64,000 nt of DNA from Acidimicrobiales bacterium (GTDB lineage: Bacteria > Actinomycetota > Acidimicrobiia > Acidimicrobiales > Acidimicrobilacustridaceae), in NCBI GenBank assembly GCA_041394105.1, contig JAWKIY010000010.1, positions 12,262 through 76,261 on the forward strand, in the 5' to 3' direction. Positions 18,589 to 27,915 of the stretch are shown here, piece by piece; position 1 is the stretch's first letter; each line of letters opens with the position of its first letter. Below the pieces are notes generated by a model. It was given only the letters and a program-made list of their open reading frames with translations, was not told where the DNA came from and made no database searches. A program made the translations under genes and the position numbers.

Positions 18589-19553
18589 GGCGCCAGCGCA
18601 GGACGCCGGCACCGACGGCCAACGCCACCGCCCCCGCCACGGCCCCGAGCGCCAGCTCCTGACGGCGGCGGGCGTCGAGCCGTCCCAGCGGCCCGACGGG
18701 GCACGCCAGCACGAAGGCCTCCTCGTTGGTGTGTCGCGGCGACCACCCGAGGCCGCGCAGCCGGTCGTTGGCGACCACCCACGAGGCGCGTCGGTAGGCG
18801 GTCAGCGCGGCCGGTGCGGCACGCGGGCGCAACCGCCGCTGCCAACGGTCCAGCCGGGCCGCCGTCCCCGGCGCCACGGTGACGCGCGCCCGGGGCCCGA
18901 CGAGGGCCCGGATGCGCTCGGCGCGACCAGCCGTCGGGTGCCACGTTCCACGCCCCCGACCCGACGCCCGGACGACGCGCCGCCGCCGCGGCGGCCACGT
19001 CGTCCACGTGCACGTACTGCACCGGGGGCTCCAGGTCGCGGGCGTAGCGCTCACGCCCTGACCACGGCGACGCGCGAGCCAGCGCCCGCTCGCCGCTGAC
19101 CACCAGCGCCGGGCGCAGCACCGACACCGCCACGTCCGGGTGGGCCTCGGCGAAGGCGAAGGCGGCGTCCTCGAGCGCCACGAAGCGCGCCACGGGAGCG
19201 AACGTCCGGTCGGCCCGGCGGGGAGCATCCTCTGCCAGCGGTACGGCGTTGTCGGCCTCGGCGCCGTACACCATGGCGCTGGACACGATGACGACCGCCT
19301 CGATCGACGGTGCGCGCTCGAGGAGCGCCGTGAGCCCGGCGGCATCCGCCACGACGCCCGTGCCGGTGGGCTCGCGCGCCGGCGCTGACGAGCTGGCAGG
19401 GCCGACCCACACCACTCGACGCACCCCCTCCGGCAAGGGCTGACCGGGCGCCACCAGCACGCCGTCGGTGGCGGCGACGAGGCGCGGCGCCAGCACCCGA
19501 TCGGCGCCGACGACGGCGATGGCGGTGGAGCGGGGGTCGGCCACGGGTGCCAT
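18518..19553 (-). pseudogene. NAD-dependent epimerase/dehydratase-like (atypical SDR) protein with C-terminal TM helix, one frame break near 18921-18927
   Basis: The N-terminal part is in the frame of ORF 18531..19553 (VVIVSSAMVYGAEADNAVPLAED, VQYVHVDDVAAA, GAWNVAPDGW). It continues in the frame of ORF 18518..19651 (AERIRALVGP..WVVANDRLRGLGWSPRHTNEEAF..TM). Gly-rich and YxxxK motifs are not obvious, so function is uncertain. Confidence 0.55.
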
Positions 19554-19608
19554 CTTGCCCGAGCCGGTCGCGAGAGGATCACCCGCGCCGTCCGCCTACC
19601 ATGCCGGT

Positions 19609-20796
19609 GTGGCTGATCCTGACGACCGCGACCCCTTCGGCGACCTCCCACCCCTGTTCGGCGACCTGGCCCGCATGATGCAGCGCCAGGGCCCGATGAG
19701 CTGGGATCTGGCCAAGCAGTTCGCCGCCGGCGTCGCGGCCGACGGCGCCTCGGAGCCGAACGTCGATCCCACCCAACGCTTCGAGATCGAGCAGCTGGCG
19801 CGGGTGGCCGAGCTCCAGGTGGCGAGCCGCACCGGGCTCGTCGTCGGCCACAGCGGCGCCGGGGTGCAGGTCGTCCCGGTGAACCGGGCGCAGTGGTCGG
19901 CCCGGACGCTCGACGCCTACCGACCGCTGTTCGAGGCGTGGCTGTCGGCGATGACCGTCGAGCCCGACCTCGACGAGTCCGACCCCGACGATCCGATGGC
20001 GTGGATGGCGCCGTTGATGAAGCTGCTCGGTCCGTCGCTGCTGCCGATGACGGCGGGGTCGATGGTCGGGCACCTGGCGCAGCGGGCGGTCGGTCAGTAC
20101 GAGCTCCCGATCCCGCGAGCGGGCCGCAGCGACGAGGTGGTCATCGTGCTGGCGAACCTCGACGCGTTCGGCGACGACTGGAGCCTGCCCCGCGACGACC
20201 TGCGCCTGTGGGTGTGCCTGCGCGACATCTGCCACCACGCCGTGCTGAGCGTGCCGCACGTGGCGGCGACGTTCGACAGCTTGCTGCGCGAGTGGCTGGC
20301 GCACTTCGACGACGCCGCCGGCGGCGGGCTCGACGGCCTGCTCGGCGGCTTCGATCCGACCGACCCGTCCTCGATGGGGAACCTCCAGTCCATGCTGGGC
20401 GACCCCGAGGTGCTGCTCGGCGCCGTGATCTCGGAACGCCAGCAAGCCCTGCGCCCGCGGATCGAGGCGCTGGTCGCCGCCATCGTCGGCTACGTCGACT
20501 GGGTCATGGATGAGATCGGCGGCTCGCTGATCGGCTCCTACGGCCAGGTGACCGAGGCCATGCGTCGCCGACGCGTCGAGGCCAGCGGCGCCGACCGGCT
20601 CGTCGAGCGGATCTTCGGGCTCGAGCTGGGCCAGGCGCAGTACGACCGGGCCGAGGCCTTCGCCGCCGGCGTCGTCGAGCGCGCCGGGGCCGAGGGCCTG
20701 CACCGGCTGTGGGAGACCGAGCGGACGCTGCCGACCCCGGCCGAGATCGACGCGCCGGGCCTGTGGCTGGCGCGCATCGACCTGCCCGACGAGTAG
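19609..20796 (+). CDS. Zincin_2 (DUF2342)-like putative hydrolase lacking the HExxH motif
   Basis: GTG 19609 within track ORF 19468..20796. The N-terminus PFGDLPPLFGDLARMMQRQGPMSWDLAKQFA and overall layout resemble actinobacterial DUF2342/TIGR03624 proteins (from memory). The motif position reads LRDICHHAVL. Confidence 0.7.
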   Translation: MADPDDRDPFGDLPPLFGDLARMMQRQGPMSWDLAKQFAAGVAADGASEPNVDPTQRFEIEQLARVAELQVASRTGLVVGHSGAGVQVVPVNRAQWSARTLDAYRPLFEAWLSAMTVEPDLDESDPDDPMAWMAPLMKLLGPSLLPMTAGSMVGHLAQRAVGQYELPIPRAGRSDEVVIVLANLDAFGDDWSLPRDDLRLWVCLRDICHHAVLSVPHVAATFDSLLREWLAHFDDAAGGGLDGLLGGFDPTDPSSMGNLQSMLGDPEVLLGAVISERQQALRPRIEALVAAIVGYVDWVMDEIGGSLIGSYGQVTEAMRRRRVEASGADRLVERIFGLELGQAQYDRAEAFAAGVVERAGAEGLHRLWETERTLPTPAEIDAPGLWLARIDLPDE

Positions 20797-20808
20797 GCCC
20801 GCACCCGC

Positions 20809-22122
20809 TCAGGCGGCGAGGCTGAGCCAGTAGGACAGCAGGGTGTCGCGGGCCCAGGTGGTGAGGGGTTCGCCGGTGGGGAGGAACCGGTCGTGTGGGT
20901 CCACGGTGGGTGGTGCTGGGAGCTGGTCGGGTGGCGGCCTTCGGGTGGAGCCGACGGTGGTGCCGTCGGGTCGGATGAAGGTGAGGTTGCCGGGGGTGCC
21001 GGTGATCTGCCAGCCGGGCTTGTGGATCAGGCTGTGATGCAGTTGGCAGAGACAGACCAGGTTGTCGAGCCGGGTCGTGCCGCCGGCGGCGGCGTGATGC
21101 AGGTGGTGCAGCTTCAACCAGCGGGTGCGGTTGCATCCCGGGAAGCTGCACGTGCGGTCCCGCACGTAGGCGGCGGCCCGCTGGCCGGGCCCGGCGAGGC
21201 GATGCTCGCGGGTGACGCCTTCGGGATCGAGGTCGTTCATGACGACGGCGCGCCAGGCGGCGTCGCACGCCATGCGCCGGGCCGTCTCCGGGTCGAGGGC
21301 GTCGCCGTCGTGGAGGCGGGCGGCCTGGTTCTGCCAGCCGGCGTCGATGTCGCCCTTGTTGAGGTGCACGATCGCCTGATGCGACGACGGCACCAACCCG
21401 TCGGCCCGGCCGGCCGCCACCTGGGCCAGGTAGCCGGCGAAGATGTTCGCCAACGCCTCAGCCCGGCTCAACCCCCGCCCCTCCCCTGGCCGCACACCGT
21501 CTTGGGCGTCGAGATCACGGAGGCGGCGGTCCTCGGCCTGCTCCCCCGCGATCGCCGACGCCATCGTGGCACCCAGCTCAGCACCGACATCGCCACCGAA
21601 CCGGTAGCGGCCGTCCTCGTCGAAATGCCCCCAGAACTCGTCAGGCCGCTCGGCCGGCGGCACCGGCGGCTCGGCGTCAGGTTCTGTAGGGGCGGCCTTC
21701 TGGTACGACCGGATCAGCTTGATCAGCTGCGCCCCCGACGCCACCGAGACGGCCTCGACCAGAGCAGCCTCGTTGGTCGGGGTCGCCACCCGCACCATCG
21801 CATCCACGACCCCCTCCGACACCGACCCCGCCTCGAACACCGACGCGATCGCCGGGAGCTCGGCCAGCTTCGTGCCGATGCGCACCGCCCGAGCCGCCTC
21901 CGCCGGCGTCACCCCCGTCGACAGGCACAGCCACTGCCGCGCCGTGCACCCCGCCGGCGTCGCCGACGCCGCGATCCGTGCCGCCAACGCCGCGTACTCG
22001 GCCTGCAGCACCGAGATCTGCGTCGCCACCGCGCGAGCCCGCTCCGCCAACGCATCTTGGGCTTCGGCGCTGAGCGGCTCCCCTACTGGTGCATCGGCTT
22101 CCTGGTCGAACATGTGTTCCAT
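20809..22122 (-). CDS. DUF222 / HNH endonuclease domain protein (REP13E12-like)
   Basis: ATG 22122 within track ORF 20809..22173. N-terminal DUF222-like region and a C-terminal HNH motif CSFPGCNRTRWLKLHHLHHAAAGGTTRLDNLVCLCQLHHSLIHK. Confidence 0.85.
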   Translation of the reverse strand: MEHMFDQEADAPVGEPLSAEAQDALAERARAVATQISVLQAEYAALAARIAASATPAGCTARQWLCLSTGVTPAEAARAVRIGTKLAELPAIASVFEAGSVSEGVVDAMVRVATPTNEAALVEAVSVASGAQLIKLIRSYQKAAPTEPDAEPPVPPAERPDEFWGHFDEDGRYRFGGDVGAELGATMASAIAGEQAEDRRLRDLDAQDGVRPGEGRGLSRAEALANIFAGYLAQVAAGRADGLVPSSHQAIVHLNKGDIDAGWQNQAARLHDGDALDPETARRMACDAAWRAVVMNDLDPEGVTREHRLAGPGQRAAAYVRDRTCSFPGCNRTRWLKLHHLHHAAAGGTTRLDNLVCLCQLHHSLIHKPGWQITGTPGNLTFIRPDGTTVGSTRRPPPDQLPAPPTVDPHDRFLPTGEPLTTWARDTLLSYWLSLAA

Positions 22123-22200
22123 TGTGGAACCCCACCAGCACCCGCGCAACCCATTTCCCCATCTATCTCCCACAGCACCACCGAATATTCGGCGGGCTCG

Positions 22201-24177
22201 TCAGCGGTGCTGGCCGGTGTCGTCGAAGCCGGGCAACCTCGGTTGGGCTGGTGCCGAGCCGTCGTCCGCCCCCGGAGGCGCCTGTCCCCACTGGGGTTCG
22301 GCGGTCTGCCATCCCGTCACCACCGCTTGGCCCGACATCGTCTGCTCCGGCTCCGGTGCATCCGGTCGTGCCGGTGCATCCGGCAGTGCCGGTGCATCCG
22401 TGATGGCGGGCGCCTCCGGCTGCGGCGGAGCCTCGACCACCGTGACCTCGCCCAGGTCGGGCCCGGCGATCGGCACCGGGTCGGCGAGGATGGCGCCGGG
22501 CTCGACCGGATGCAGGGGTGGTGTCAACGCCCGGCCGTCGGGCGAGAACAGCCCGTCGTCGGGCGCCTCCACCAGCGCGGTCGGCACCGGCACGTCCGGC
22601 TCCCCGAGCAGACCGGGGCCGCGCAGCGCCTCGTCGAGGGCGACCGTGGCGTCGTCAGCCGCGATCGGCGGACGTGCGGGCGGTGCGCTCGGCGCTTCGT
22701 CGGACCACACCGTCGTGGTGTCGAAGGCGCCGCCGTTGGCGACGCCAGAGACCCCCGACGACCCGCTCCGCCGGCGCTCGCGCAAGACGTCGAGCAGGCG
22801 ACGCCAGTGCGGGTCGCGCTGCGGCAGCTCATCGCGTCGGCCCTGCAGCACCTCCTGCACGCGGCGGAACTGCACGAGGTAGGCCACCAACCCGTAGCCG
22901 ACGACGAGGGCGATGAAGAGGTAGCCGTAGTCCAACAGGATGGGCAACGCCACGGGGAACAGCGCTCCGACCACCCACACCAGCTGGAAGCGGGCTTCGA
23001 ACTTGGCGAACGACCGACCGCGGTTGGCGTCGGGCGCGTCGCGCTGCACCAGCGCGTCGAAGCCCTGTTTGGCGATGCTCGACGTCATGCCGATGGCGAA
23101 CGAGATCAGCGCCGCCGATGCCAGGTCGTCCAGCACGATGCTGGCGATGGCGGCGAGCACGGTGGCGCCCATGGCCACCATCAGCATCTGCTCCTCCACC
23201 AGCTTGCGCCGCAGCAGCGGGGCCAGGCCGGCGCCGCTGAGGAAGCCCGCCTGCGCGGTCAGTGCCACCACGAGGTACCACCACAGCGGCGTCTCGACAT
23301 CGCTGCGGAACGAGAAGGCGATCAGGAACGTCAAGAAGCCGACGGTGAAGCGCACGATGGCCATGGCCGACAGGGCATGGCGGATGCCGGCGCCGCGCAG
23401 CTCCTCCTTCTCCGCCGCTCCGAGCGGCTCGGGCGCCACCCGCACGTCCGGCAGGGCGAACGCCTGCACGGCGGCGGCGACGAACACGACGCCGGCGAGC
23501 ACCAGCACCACCGACGGCCCGGCGTCGCCGAACAGCTTGGAGGCCGCCAGGCCCGGGCCGCCCGCCACGACCGCCGCCAGGGCGCCCAACAGGCTGAGCT
23601 TCGAGTTGGCCTCGACCAGCTCGTCGTCGTTGCGCACGGTCGTCGGCAACAGGGCGCTCTTGGAGATGAGGTGCACCTTGGAGAACACCAGCATCAAGAA
23701 GGCCTCGATGTAGAGCCAGAAGGTCGTGTAGTCGCGCACCAGCAGGAAGGCGATCAACGCCCGAGCCAACGCCGAGGCGAAGATCACCCAACGGCGCCCA
23801 CCGGCCGCCCGGTCGATCAGCGGCCCGATGAACGGGCTGGCGATGGCGAACGGCGCCAACGTCAGCATCAGGTACAGCAGGACGTCGGTGCGCGGCGCGT
23901 TCGGGTCGCTGTTGAAGAACACCGTGGTCGCCAGGCCGATGGTGAACAGCGCGTCGCCGGCCACCGACAGCAGGTGCGTGCGCGCCAGGCGGCTGAAGGC
24001 GCTGATGGGTCCGCGACGCCCGAGGTCGCGGGCGGCGATGCGCGGCTCGACCGCCTTGATGGGACGGCCCGACGACGGCGCTCGGCGGCGAGGCGGCGCG
24101 ACGGCACCCTGCACCGCCGTCGGATCCAGTTGCCCGGACGGCACCTGGCCCGGGCCCGGGTCGTTCGGCCTCACCAC
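22201..24177 (-). CDS. MFS-like multi-pass membrane protein with long Pro/Ala-rich C-terminal tail
   Basis: Track ORF 22201..24342. Start placed at GTG 24177, downstream of the regulator stop at 24195 (start uncertain). About 12 predicted TM helices, then about 230 aa of low-complexity tail. Confidence 0.7.
   Translation of the reverse strand: MVRPNDPGPGQVPSGQLDPTAVQGAVAPPRRRAPSSGRPIKAVEPRIAARDLGRRGPISAFSRLARTHLLSVAGDALFTIGLATTVFFNSDPNAPRTDVLLYLMLTLAPFAIASPFIGPLIDRAAGGRRWVIFASALARALIAFLLVRDYTTFWLYIEAFLMLVFSKVHLISKSALLPTTVRNDDELVEANSKLSLLGALAAVVAGGPGLAASKLFGDAGPSVVLVLAGVVFVAAAVQAFALPDVRVAPEPLGAAEKEELRGAGIRHALSAMAIVRFTVGFLTFLIAFSFRSDVETPLWWYLVVALTAQAGFLSGAGLAPLLRRKLVEEQMLMVAMGATVLAAIASIVLDDLASAALISFAIGMTSSIAKQGFDALVQRDAPDANRGRSFAKFEARFQLVWVVGALFPVALPILLDYGYLFIALVVGYGLVAYLVQFRRVQEVLQGRRDELPQRDPHWRRLLDVLRERRRSGSSGVSGVANGGAFDTTTVWSDEAPSAPPARPPIAADDATVALDEALRGPGLLGEPDVPVPTALVEAPDDGLFSPDGRALTPPLHPVEPGAILADPVPIAGPDLGEVTVVEAPPQPEAPAITDAPALPDAPARPDAPEPEQTMSGQAVVTGWQTAEPQWGQAPPGADDGSAPAQPRLPGFDDTGQHR
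22353..22406. repeat. 3 x 18-nt in-frame tandem repeat (ccggtgcatccggNNNNN) encoding (P/T)DAPA(R/L/I) hexapeptides
   Basis: Read directly as ccggtgcatccggtcgtg / ccggtgcatccggcagtg / ccggtgcatccgtgatgg. It lies inside the C-terminal tail of the MFS-like gene. Confidence 0.7.
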
Positions 24178-24194
24178 CCGGTCAAGGTTAGGGG

Positions 24195-24929
24195 TCAGCT
24201 TCGGGGAAGCTCGTACTTGTAGCCGAGCCCCCGGATGGTGACGATCCGCTCCGGGTTCGACGGGTCGCGCTCGATCTTGGCGCGCAGCCGCTTCACGTGG
24301 ACGTCGAGCGTCTTGGTGTCGCCGACGTAGTCGTAGCCCCACACCCGGTGGATCAGCTGGTCGCGGGTGAGGACCCTGCCGGCGTGCTCGAGCAGCAGGG
24401 CCAGCAGCTCGAACTCCTTGAGGGGGAGGCGGACGTCGGCGCCGGCCACGCTCACCTCGTGACGGGCATGGTCCAGCCGCACGTCGCCCACCGTGAGGAT
24501 CTCGTCGTCGAGGTCGTCGACCACCACCTCACCCTCGGCCGCCGGCAGCGACCGCCCGCGCAGCACGGCGCGCATGCGCGCCACGAGCTCGCGCAGGCGG
24601 AACGGCTTGGTCACGTAGTCGTCGGCACCGACCTCGAGACCCACCACGGTGTCGACCTCCGAGCTCTTGGCCGTGAGCATGATGATCGGCACGTTGGACC
24701 GGCTGCGGATCTCACGGCACACGTCGAGGCCCGACACCTTGGGCAGCATCAGGTCGAGCAGCACGAGGTCGGCGCCGTCGCGGGTGAAAGCGTCGATCGC
24801 CTCGGCGCCGTCACGGGCCACCGTCAGGTCGAAGCCCTCCTTGGCCAGGCGGGCTGTGAGCGCCTCGACGAAAGACTCCTCGTCCTCGACGAGCAGCACG
24901 CGGGTCGTCGCCGCCATTGGCGCCGTCAT
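24195..24929 (-). CDS. OmpR/PhoB-family response regulator (RegX3/PhoP-like)
   Basis: ATG 24929 within track ORF 24195..26225. Receiver domain (RVLLVEDEE, DLVLLDLMLP, VTKPF) plus winged helix (LTRDQLIHRVWGYDYVGDTKTLDVHVKRLRAKIE, TIRGLGYKY). Overlaps the kinase stop (ATGA). Confidence 0.9.
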   Translation of the reverse strand: MTAPMAATTRVLLVEDEESFVEALTARLAKEGFDLTVARDGAEAIDAFTRDGADLVLLDLMLPKVSGLDVCREIRSRSNVPIIMLTAKSSEVDTVVGLEVGADDYVTKPFRLRELVARMRAVLRGRSLPAAEGEVVVDDLDDEILTVGDVRLDHARHEVSVAGADVRLPLKEFELLALLLEHAGRVLTRDQLIHRVWGYDYVGDTKTLDVHVKRLRAKIERDPSNPERIVTIRGLGYKYELPRS

Positions 24930-26101
24930 GACGCAACCTCCAGGGGATCGATCACACCCGGTGCGAGCACGCCGGGCAGGCGCAGCGAGAACGTGGTGCC
25001 CTCGCCGAGCCGGGACTCGACCTCGACGTCGCCGCCGTGGTTGGCCACGACATGGCGCACGATCGACAGCCCGAGGCCGGTGCCTCCGGTCTGGCGGCTG
25101 CGCGCCGTGTCGACGCGATAGAAGCGCTCGAAGACCCGTTCGAGGTCCTTGCCGGGGATGCCGATGCCGTGGTCGCGCACGGCGATGACGGCGTGGTCGT
25201 CCTCGACGAGCGCCCGCACGTCGACGACCGACCCGGGGTCCGAGTACTTGAGGGCGTTGTCGAGCAGGTTGGCGATCGCCGAGGCGAGCTGGCGCCGGTC
25301 GGCCTCGATCTGCATCCCGAGCGGCACCCGCACCTGCACGTGGCTGTTGCGCTGCTCGGCCGCCTGCTCGACGCGGGCGACGGCGTCGGCCACGACCGCC
25401 GCCACGTCGACCGGCTCGAGCTCGAGCACGGCCTCGCCCTCGATGCGCGACAGCTCGAGCAGGTCCTCGATGGTGCGCGCCAGCCGATCGATCTCGTCGA
25501 CGAATCGGGCCTGCAGCCGCGCCACGACGTCGGGGTCGTCCTCGTCCTCGATGGCCTCCGACAGCAAGCTGAGGGCACCGACCGGCGTCTTGAGCTCGTG
25601 GCTGACGTTGGCGACGAAGTCGCGGCGCATGAGGTCGACGCGCTGGCGTTCGGTCTCGTCGCCGACGCGCACCAGCGCACCGTCGAGGACGTCGCCGGCG
25701 AACAGCGGGGTGGCCGTGACGACCAGGTGGCGGCGCGGCGGCCCGTACAGGTCCAGGTGGCGCTGGCCGCGCTCGCCGGCCAGGGCTTCGCCGACGAGCT
25801 CCTGCACGGCGGCGGCGACGAGCGCGTCGCCGTGTCGGGCCGAGGCGAGGACGCCGGCGGCGGCGTTGGCGTAGCGCTGCTCGCCGGCGGCGTCGACGAT
25901 CACCACCGCCTCGGGGATGGCGTCGAGCGCCCGCGCCAGCTCGTCGTGGGCGTGGCGCTCGGCGGCGACGGCGCCCTCGATCCGACGTCGCTCGGCGAGG
26001 AGCGCGTGGTCGGCCTCCGCCAGGCGCCGGCGCGTCAGCACCAACGCCACGGCCAGCACGACCGCCACGGCCGTGACGCCGCCCAACAGCAGCCCGAGCA
26101 T
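24926..26101 (-). CDS. sensor histidine kinase (SenX3/PhoR-like)
   Basis: ATG 26101 within track ORF 24926..26245. N-terminal TM, PAS-like segment, H-box FVANVSHELKTPV, N box LLDNALKYS, G boxes DHGIGIP and GGTGLGLSIV. Confidence 0.9.
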   Translation of the reverse strand: MLGLLLGGVTAVAVVLAVALVLTRRRLAEADHALLAERRRIEGAVAAERHAHDELARALDAIPEAVVIVDAAGEQRYANAAAGVLASARHGDALVAAAVQELVGEALAGERGQRHLDLYGPPRRHLVVTATPLFAGDVLDGALVRVGDETERQRVDLMRRDFVANVSHELKTPVGALSLLSEAIEDEDDPDVVARLQARFVDEIDRLARTIEDLLELSRIEGEAVLELEPVDVAAVVADAVARVEQAAEQRNSHVQVRVPLGMQIEADRRQLASAIANLLDNALKYSDPGSVVDVRALVEDDHAVIAVRDHGIGIPGKDLERVFERFYRVDTARSRQTGGTGLGLSIVRHVVANHGGDVEVESRLGEGTTFSLRLPGVLAPGVIDPLEVAS

Positions 26102-26118
26102 CGTCGCGTCCGGTTCCG

Positions 26119-26883
26119 CTAGCCCTCGACGGCGCCGTCGCCGTTGACCGGCGGCGCCACGGGCACCTCGAGGTGGCCGTACTGGGTGGCGGCGTGCTCG
26201 ACGCGCGCCTTGTGCCGGGCGGCACCGGTGTGCTCGGGCAGCCAACCGGTCACCATGAACTCCACCCGGTTGCCGATGTTCACGGCGTGGTCGCCGATGC
26301 GCTCGTAGTACCGGCCGATCAGCGCCAGCTGGACGGCGACCTGCAGCTCGAGGCCTTGGTCGTCGTGCTCTTCGAAGATGGCCTGGATGTAGTCGCGGTG
26401 CAGCGTGTCGAGACGACCGTCCATGTCGTCGAGCGCCGCCGCCAACGCCGCATCGCCCTCGGCGTAGGAGTCGATGGACAGGCGGAACAGGCGCACGGCC
26501 TCCTCGGACATCTCCTCGATCAACCGGCGCAGCTTGGGGCTGAACTCGGCGCCGTAGATGCGGCGCGCCGCCTTGACGATGTTGATGACCAGGTCGGCCG
26601 AGCGCTCGATCTCCGACGTCAGCTTGAGGGCGCAGATGAGCGCCCGCAGGTCGGTGGCGACCGGCGCCTGCAGGGCGAGCACCTGGAAGCAGTGGTCCTC
26701 GACCAGCACGGTCAGCTCGTCGACGACGTCGTCCTCCTCGATCAGCGCCTGCGCCGCACGCAGATCGCTGGCGAGCAGCGCCTCGGTGCCGCGCGGGATG
26801 AACTCGGTGACCATCGCCGCCATCCGCACCAGCTCGGCGCGGATCTCGTCGAGCTCCTGGTGGAACGCACGCTTCTCCGTCAT
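26119..26883 (-). CDS. phoU: phosphate signalling complex protein PhoU
   Basis: ATG 26883 within track ORF 26119..27522, overlapping the pstB stop by 4 nt. Two PhoU repeats ([20 protein letters not shown]). Confidence 0.9.
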   Translation of the reverse strand: MTEKRAFHQELDEIRAELVRMAAMVTEFIPRGTEALLASDLRAAQALIEEDDVVDELTVLVEDHCFQVLALQAPVATDLRALICALKLTSEIERSADLVINIVKAARRIYGAEFSPKLRRLIEEMSEEAVRLFRLSIDSYAEGDAALAAALDDMDGRLDTLHRDYIQAIFEEHDDQGLELQVAVQLALIGRYYERIGDHAVNIGNRVEFMVTGWLPEHTGAARHKARVEHAATQYGHLEVPVAPPVNGDGAVEG

Positions 26884-27842
26884 CCGAACCGACCCGTGAC
26901 GTAGTTCTCGGTGCGCTGATCGGTCGGCGTCGAGAAGATGCGCTCGGTGGCGTCGAACTCGACGAGCTGGCCGGTGCGCGTGTCGTCGATGTCGTTGACC
27001 TCCGCCGTGAAGAACGCCGTCCGATCGCTCACGCGGGCGGCCTGCTGCATGTTGTGGGTCACGATCACGATCGTGTACTCGTGCTTGAGCTCGGCCATCA
27101 GATCCTCGATCCGGGCCGTGGCGATGGGGTCCAGCGCCGAGCACGGCTCGTCCATCAGCACCACCTCCGGCCGCGTGGCGATGGTCCGGGCGATGCACAG
27201 CCGCTGCTGCTGCCCGCCGGACAGCCCGATGCCCGACTTGCCCAGGCGGTCCTTGACCTCGTCCCACAGCGCCGCCTTGGTGAGCGCCTCCTCGACGATC
27301 TCGTCCAGGTCGGCCTTCTTGCGGATGCCGGCGACCTTGGGCCCGAAGGCGACGTTGTCGTAGATCGACTTGGGGAAGGGGTTGGGCTTCTGGAACACCA
27401 TGCCGATGCGCTTGCGCACCTCGACGGGGTCGACGCGGTCGTCGTAGAGATCGACCCCGTGGTAGAGCACCTGGCCCGTGACCCGGGCACCGACCACCAG
27501 GTCGTTCATGCGGTTCAGGCACCGCAGCACCGTCGTCTTGCCACAGCCCGACGGACCGATGAAGGCCGTGATCTCGTTCTTGCGGATCGTCATGTCGACG
27601 CCGCGCACGGCGCAGAACTCGCCGTAGTGCACCGCCAGGTCGGCGAGCTCGAACACCGCCTGTGACGGGTCCAGCGGTCCCTCGTCGCCCGGACCGGCGG
27701 CGGCTTCCGGCTCCGACGGCGCCACGGCGGAGGGCTCGACGGATGACGGGTCGGCCGTCGGACGGCCGGGGGCAGCCTCGGGGTCCGCTGCGGTCTGGGA
27801 CTCGGTCACGTCGGCGTGGCTCCTGAGGTCGAGGTCGCTCAT
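26880..27842 (-). CDS. pstB: phosphate ABC transporter ATP-binding protein PstB with about 60-aa acidic N-terminal extension
   Basis: ATG 27842 with GGAG 7 nt upstream. Walker [10 protein letters not shown], signature [13 protein letters not shown], Walker [13 protein letters not shown], and PstB-typical [14 protein letters not shown]. Confidence 0.9.
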   Translation of the reverse strand: MSDLDLRSHADVTESQTAADPEAAPGRPTADPSSVEPSAVAPSEPEAAAGPGDEGPLDPSQAVFELADLAVHYGEFCAVRGVDMTIRKNEITAFIGPSGCGKTTVLRCLNRMNDLVVGARVTGQVLYHGVDLYDDRVDPVEVRKRIGMVFQKPNPFPKSIYDNVAFGPKVAGIRKKADLDEIVEEALTKAALWDEVKDRLGKSGIGLSGGQQQRLCIARTIATRPEVVLMDEPCSALDPIATARIEDLMAELKHEYTIVIVTHNMQQAARVSDRTAFFTAEVNDIDDTRTGQLVEFDATERIFSTPTDQRTENYVTGRFG

Positions 27843-27915
27843 CGGTCGGCTCCGCTCCGCGTCAGATCGTACCGACCCGACCCTAGGGGCGCCGCATGAC
27901 CGGTCCCCTGCTCGC

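Noticed and set aside
20800-22149. 8-nt direct repeat gcacccgc on both sides of the DUF222/HNH gene (about 20801-20808 and 22139-22146), considered as a target-site duplication.
   Set aside because: An 8-mer of this composition is expected by chance in roughly 70% GC DNA. No terminal inverted repeats or recombinase gene are present.
22353-22406. The 18-nt tandem repeats, and the 11-nt repeats at 27916-27948 and 37568-37589, as possible CRISPR or other arrays.
   Set aside because: Only 2-3 directly abutting copies are present, with no spacers. One set is in frame inside a coding tail, and the others are short phased promoter-type repeats. No cas genes are present.
20893-24222. Very long alternative-frame or antisense ORFs in the six-frame track (for example 20893..24222, 49089..52709, 5295..8288, 52511..54703, 10475..11995 and the 5' parts of 1044..4190 and 1482..4682).
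   Set aside because: Their translations are Arg/Gly/Pro/Ala-rich low-complexity sequence, typical of non-coding frames in very GC-rich DNA. They overlap genes with clear family motifs and strong G/C third-position bias in the other frame or strand.
27654-27656. Internal GTG as the true pstB start, which would give a canonical-length PstB.
   Set aside because: No RBS is visible upstream. The upstream 62 codons keep a coding-like third-position bias, and the ATG at 27842 has a good GGAG. The question is kept open as a finding rather than adopted.
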